Positions 50,778 to 55,713 of a DNA stretch of 55,713 nt are shown here, in pieces (the stretch's first letter is position 1; the number at the start of each line of letters is the position of its first letter). The notes below the pieces were generated by a model. It had not been told where the DNA came from. It did not search any database and was given only the letters and a program-made list of their open reading frames with translations. The translations under genes were made by a program, and so were the position numbers. Source of the stretch: Malacoraja senta (lineage: Eukaryota); assembly GCA_038087875.1 (NCBI GenBank), contig JAXLNO010000478.1:124001-179713 (forward strand), written 5' to 3'.

Positions 50778-51983
50778 AGTATTGTTCAATCATCGGTCTT
50801 ATTCTCAATGTCCAGGGCGAAATCAAGTGCTTCCTTGTGGTCAGTGAAGAAATATTCCTTCCTCTTGTAGGTAACTCAGTGTTGCGGGATACATCAGTCC
50901 ATAATCTCAGATCTTGTATATTCTTAAGTATTCTTCTTGTCTCTGTAAACAGCGCTCTCTTCCTGGTGACCTCCACAGGATAATCTCTAAATATACTGAT
51001 CTTGTCTCCTTCAAATAGGAGATCTCTGTTGCGAACGATTTTCTTCATCATATTATCCAAAACATGGCCATATTGCACCTTCACTATCAGTTGTCTTGGG
51101 GGGGCGTCCGCCCTTGGGCGGCATCCCAGTGCTCTGTGTGCCCGACTTAGTAGGGGTTTTTGATCAAGATTTAAGACTTTTTGTAATAAGTCTGCAGAAA
51201 ATTCACGGAGGTCACGGCTCCCTCTCTGCCTTCCTGGACGCCCACAATTCTTAAATTTTGTCGTCTCTGACGTCCCTCCAAGTCAATACATTTTTCAGTT
51301 ATTTTACTCAATGAGAGAAGCTTTTTTGTAGTTTCGGCACCTGTCTCAGCAATATCCTCTAATTGAGTTATAGCTGTATTTTGTTGATTTAATGTCTGGA
51401 TGATGGTATCCAACTTAGAATTAAAGCTGGATTCCATCGAATTTATTTTAACATTTACCTCTTCGATCTGTAGAGTAAGATTTTCTTCCATTGTTATCTT
51501 CCAGGCATCCAACACTTCATGAACAGAGTTTGTAATTTCTTCTTTCATTTATTCTTTAAAGGATTGCAGTTCTTCTTTAAAGTTCAGTTTTTCTTTAAAA
51601 CTTTTCAATTGTTCCTTTATACTTGCAATTTCTTGTGAGAGAAAACTTCGAAGTTCCTCTATTTCTGTTTTTTTCGACTTTTGTCTTCTTTGAAACATCT
51701 TCCTGGGACGACGCTAAAACTGAGCCCGAGGCTTCAGTCGGGCCTAGTCCGACTGAGACTTCAGTCCTTGGGCTTCACGGTTGGGCTTTTCGTCTTGGGG
51801 GTGGGGGGGTATGTTAGACAGACATACCGCCGGAGTCGCTCGCCTGATGACGTCACTCACTCGTTGCAAGCAGCCAGAGTGTTATCAGCGGGTCAGTCCC
51901 GTTCTTTTCTCCCCGTTTTCAAACAATTTTGCGTGGAGCTAGCTGGCGCGGACCTCTATTCCTCCATAGCGCCACCGGAAGTC
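50778..51983 (-). mobile_element. L1 element E, 5' UTR and frameshifted ORF1, cut by ERV2
   Basis: Minus strand starts GACTTCCGGTGGCGCTATGG; DLEGRQRRQNLRIVGV, IFRDYP. Confidence 0.88.
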
Positions 51984-53247
51984 TATACTCTAAAGGCAGC
52001 CTCACCAACATCTTATATAACTGCAACATGACCTCCCAACTATACTCAATACTCTGACTGATGCAGGCCACTTCCTGCTGTCAAACATTAAAACTTAGCA
52101 ATATTACAGTTCTGTACAAGCATCCATGTGCTCTTCCACAATGCCCAAGCTCAGTATGACTTGCAGCACGCCAGTAAAATTATGTCAGGAGCAACTTAAT
52201 CCTCTACAAGCTCAACATAACCAAAAACAAGCAGAGGCTTCAAACTGAAAAATACAAGCTTCATCTTGTCATCTTAAAAAAAATGATAAATCCAGTTAGT
52301 TAGTGCAATATTCTATTATTCAAGAGAATAATAAAATGCAACTTTGTGAAAGAGCAGTTTTTGAAATAAGAATATAAGCCAATATTTAAAGCTTTTGTTC
52401 CCCACAGACAATATTATTGCAGGAAATATAAACAAACATGAAAGCTTACAGCTTACATTTAAACTATTAGACAAAATACAGATTTAGTCATGCTATTTTG
52501 TGCAATATTCAGCAAAGCACCTAATGCTGGATGTCTGTCATTGCTTATGATAATAATGGGTATAATTTGAGTTGATTAAGGAATATTAAAGTATATTTGG
52601 TTTGAATGCATTAAAAAATAACTAGTATTAATTTGCAGAACAAATCCAATGATACCGGTAAAATAGATATAAAAAGCTATAAACACGCCTTCCACTATAA
52701 CAAACTATGAAGGATGCTGAGGATACAAAGACCTTCTGTTAGAGGGCATTTTGTACTTTACCCATAGTCTATATCTGACTTTACTCAGATAGGCACAGAC
52801 ACAAATTGAAAAAACTCATAGATCAGTCGCGAGTCTATCTAACATGTCAGTTTAATAAAGGCCTCAGCAAAATACATCGGGAAGCAGTGTGAGCAAACTC
52901 AAACTACTTCAAAATCCTACAATAACTGTAGGATTCTTATACCCTCATGACACAATGGTTACTTGTGGAGTTGAAATAAACAATCATTAATCAACGTCTC
53001 CCCAAAGTTGACTTAAATCTTGCCTTTCTTGTTGTTTGGAATTCTCCCACCCACTTATCTCACCTGTGGATGCCATAAATGGCCAGATTCCCCCACCAAA
53101 TGGAATCCCCTTGTAAAAGTGGCAATTTGTTAACCTTTGCGAGACCTGGCTGCTAAACATAATGACCAAGAGCAGCTGTAATGCAAGATTGCAACAGATA
53201 AGAACCCAGACACAACTGTGAAGGACGATCCTTCCCTCCTACTGATA

Positions 53248-54048
53248 AGAAACATAGAAACGTAGACATAGAAACATAGACATAGAAAATAGGTGCAGGA
53301 GGAGGCCATTCGGCCCTTCGAGCCAGCACCACCATTCATTGTGATCATGGTTGATCGTCCCCCATCAATAACCCGTGCCTGCCTTCTCCCCATATCCCTT
53401 GACTCCACTAGCCCCTAGAGCTCTATCTAACTCTCTCTTAAATCCATCCAATGATGTGGCAGGGAATTCCATAAATTCACAACTCTCTGGGTGAAAACGT
53501 TTTTTTCTCACCTCAGTCTTAAATGACCTCCGCTTTATTCTAAGACTGTGGCCCCTGGTTCTGGACTCGCCCAACATTGGGAACATTTTTCCTGCATCTA
53601 GCTTGTCCAGTCCTTTTATAATTTTATGTTTCTATAAGATCCCCCTCATCCTTCTAAAGTCCAGTGAATACAAGCCTAGTCTTTTCAATCTTTCCTCATA
53701 TGATAGTCCCGCCATCCCAGGGATCAATCTCGTGAACCTACGCTGCACTTCCTCAAATTAGGAGACCAAAACTGTACACAATACTCCAGATGTGGTCTCA
53801 CCAGAGCCCTATACAACTGCAGAAGAACCTTTTTACTCCTGTACTGAAATCCTCTTGTTATGAAGGCCAACATTCCATTAGGTTTCTTCACTGCCTGCTG
53901 TACCTGCACGCCAACTTTCAGTGTACAAGGACACCCAGGTCTCGCTGTACCTCCCCCTTACCTAACCTAACCCCATTGAGATAATAATCTGCTCCCTTGT
54001 TTTTGCCGCCAAAGTGGATAACCTCACAATTATCTATATTATACTGCA
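53248..54048 (-). mobile_element. Decayed CR1 3' fragment
   Basis: LVRPHLEYCVQFWSP, GYGEKAGTGY, TCTATGTT-type tail. Confidence 0.9.
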
Positions 54049-54610
54049 CAGGGCTCTCACTTAACTTTTTTCCCCTGTTGCCAGCCGGGCAACCTTGACA
54101 GCTTTTTAGGTTGCCAAATGACAGTTTAGGTGGTCATTGAAGACGGTTTGCATGACCCGTGCGATAATGTGCTCGGACGAAGTGCGTAGGTACCATTCGG
54201 AATTATGCTCAATGAAGCATTCACATATTATGTTCAAGAAGGAACTGCAGATGCTGGAAAATCGAAGGTAGACAAAAGTGCTGGAGAAACTCAGCGAGTG
54301 CAGCAGCATCTATGGAGCGAAGGAAATAAGCAACGTTTCAGGCCGAAACCCATCAGTCTGAAGAAGGGTGAAACCCATCAGTATATGCTTAACCATACAC
54401 ACTACAAATTGATGCAACCGTGTTTTCTGTGAAGGACCGAAAATTACCATGACATGTCCATAGCATGGGTCGTTATTGCTATTGGCACAGAAACACTCTG
54501 GCTTCCCACATAATTTATCCATAACAAAATATACAGGTTGCAAGGAAATTTCTAAAGGCATTTTATGATAATAGCTGTTAATACCGACTATTCCTGACTG
54601 TACCGACTAT

Positions 54611-55095
54611 ACCAGACTGATTCCTGGGATGTCAGGACTTTCATATGAAGAAAGACTGGATAGACTTGGCTTATACTCGCTAGAATTTAGGAGATTGAGA
54701 GGGGATCTTATAGAAACTTACAACATTCTTATGGGGTTGGACAGGCTAGATGCAGGAAGATTGTTCCCGATGTTGGGGAAGTCCAGGACAAGGGGTCACA
54801 GCTTAAGGATAAGGGGGAAATCCTTTAAGACCGAGATGAGAAAAAACTTTTTCACACAGAGAGTGGTGAATCTCTGGAACTCTCTGCCACAGAGGGTAGT
54901 TGAGGCCAGCTCATTGGCTATATTTAAGAGGGAGTTAGATGTGGCCCTTGTGGCTAAAGGGATCAGGGGGTATGGAGAGAAAGCAGGTACGGGATACTGA
55001 GTTGGATGATCAGCCATGATCATATTGAATGGCAGTGCAGGCTCGAAGGGCCGAATGGCCTACTCCTGCACCTATTTTCTATGTATCTATGTATA
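54611..55095 (+). mobile_element. 5'-truncated CR1 3' end
   Basis: LEFRRLRGDLI...GYGEKAGTGY, 3' UTR and TCTATGTA tail. Confidence 0.9.
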
Positions 55096-55593
55096 CCCAT
55101 CTGACAGGTTAAACATTACACTAACTGACAAGAGATGGCCAAAGGACATAACTGCAGCAAATGTTCTTTTGGTAATATGTTTAAAGGTGTCAAAACAAAT
55201 AATAACATTGGGAATTAAAACACATTTGATTACATTCAGTTATCAAACATAATCAATGTTCGCTCTGAAGACCATGAAGCACAATAGGGTCAGGGGGTGT
55301 GTGAATCAGTGTGGGGTGGATAGATGGCGGTGGGGGGGGGGGTTGAGAAGGCAATCGGTGCGGAATGTATGGATTGAGGCAGGTGATTAGTACGTGTTGG
55401 TTGGAGTATGTAAAATTGTGAGAGGAGAGCACGGGGGATGTCAGTGGTGTTGAATGGGGGGGGATCAATATGGGATGGATGGGGGGGGAATCAGCATAGG
55501 ATGAATGGGGGTTCAGTACAGGACGAATGGGGGTAGACAAAAAGGCTGGAGAAATTCAGCGGGTGAGGCAGCATCTATGGAGCTAAGGAAATA

Positions 55594-55627
55594 AGCAACG
55601 TTTCGGGTCGAGACCCTTCTTCAGACT
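55594..55627 (-). ncRNA. Candidate minimal type I hammerhead ribozyme in a Penelope-like repeat
   Basis: AGU-CUGAAGA-A-GGG(UCUCGA)CCC-GAAAC-GUU-GCU: core boxes, stem II, palindromic stem III, 3-bp stem I. Confidence 0.55.
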
Positions 55628-55713
55628 GTTCCCCCCATTCTTTTTGAATGGGGGGGATCAGTACAGGATGGATGGGGGGGAATCAGCACAGGATGAATGG
55701 GGGGGATCAGTAC

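Larger units (their letters stand above)
54049..55713. mobile_element. Independent copy of the TIR element (left end), interrupted, probably running off the right edge
   Basis: 54049-54230 matches 1716-1897; 55190-55713 matches about 2570-3050; different flank from the first copy. Confidence 0.75.

Noticed and set aside
53060..53180. Possible minus-strand exon bounded by TTACAG and CAG|GTGAGA
   Set aside because: Splice-like signals only; the translation is unrecognised and such matches arise by chance

Overview
Eukaryotic, essentially gene-free, repeat-saturated vertebrate DNA; the repeat families suggest a cartilaginous fish (skate/ray-like), which is inference. It is a nest of mobile elements: CR1-clade LINEs, at least five L1-clade LINEs, two class-I-like endogenous retroviruses, a non-autonomous TIR (hAT-like) DNA transposon, a head-to-tail array of non-autonomous Helitrons and many short Penelope-like repeats with a minimal hammerhead-type core. 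About 10 kb of ancestral sequence occurs twice in direct orientation (about 1.9-32.7 kb and 33.7-47.0 kb). Each copy carries private insertions, so the empty pre-insertion sites can be read directly. Most notable: an ORF1-only 'half-L1' that retrotransposed into an L1, which itself sits in another L1 with an ~89-bp target-site duplication; covarying RNA hairpins conserved in the L1 inter-ORF spacers; a young RT-less, env-less ERV with near-identical LTRs; and the Helitron concatemer. No host protein-coding gene is supported. All alignments were made by eye and coordinates may be off by a few bases.
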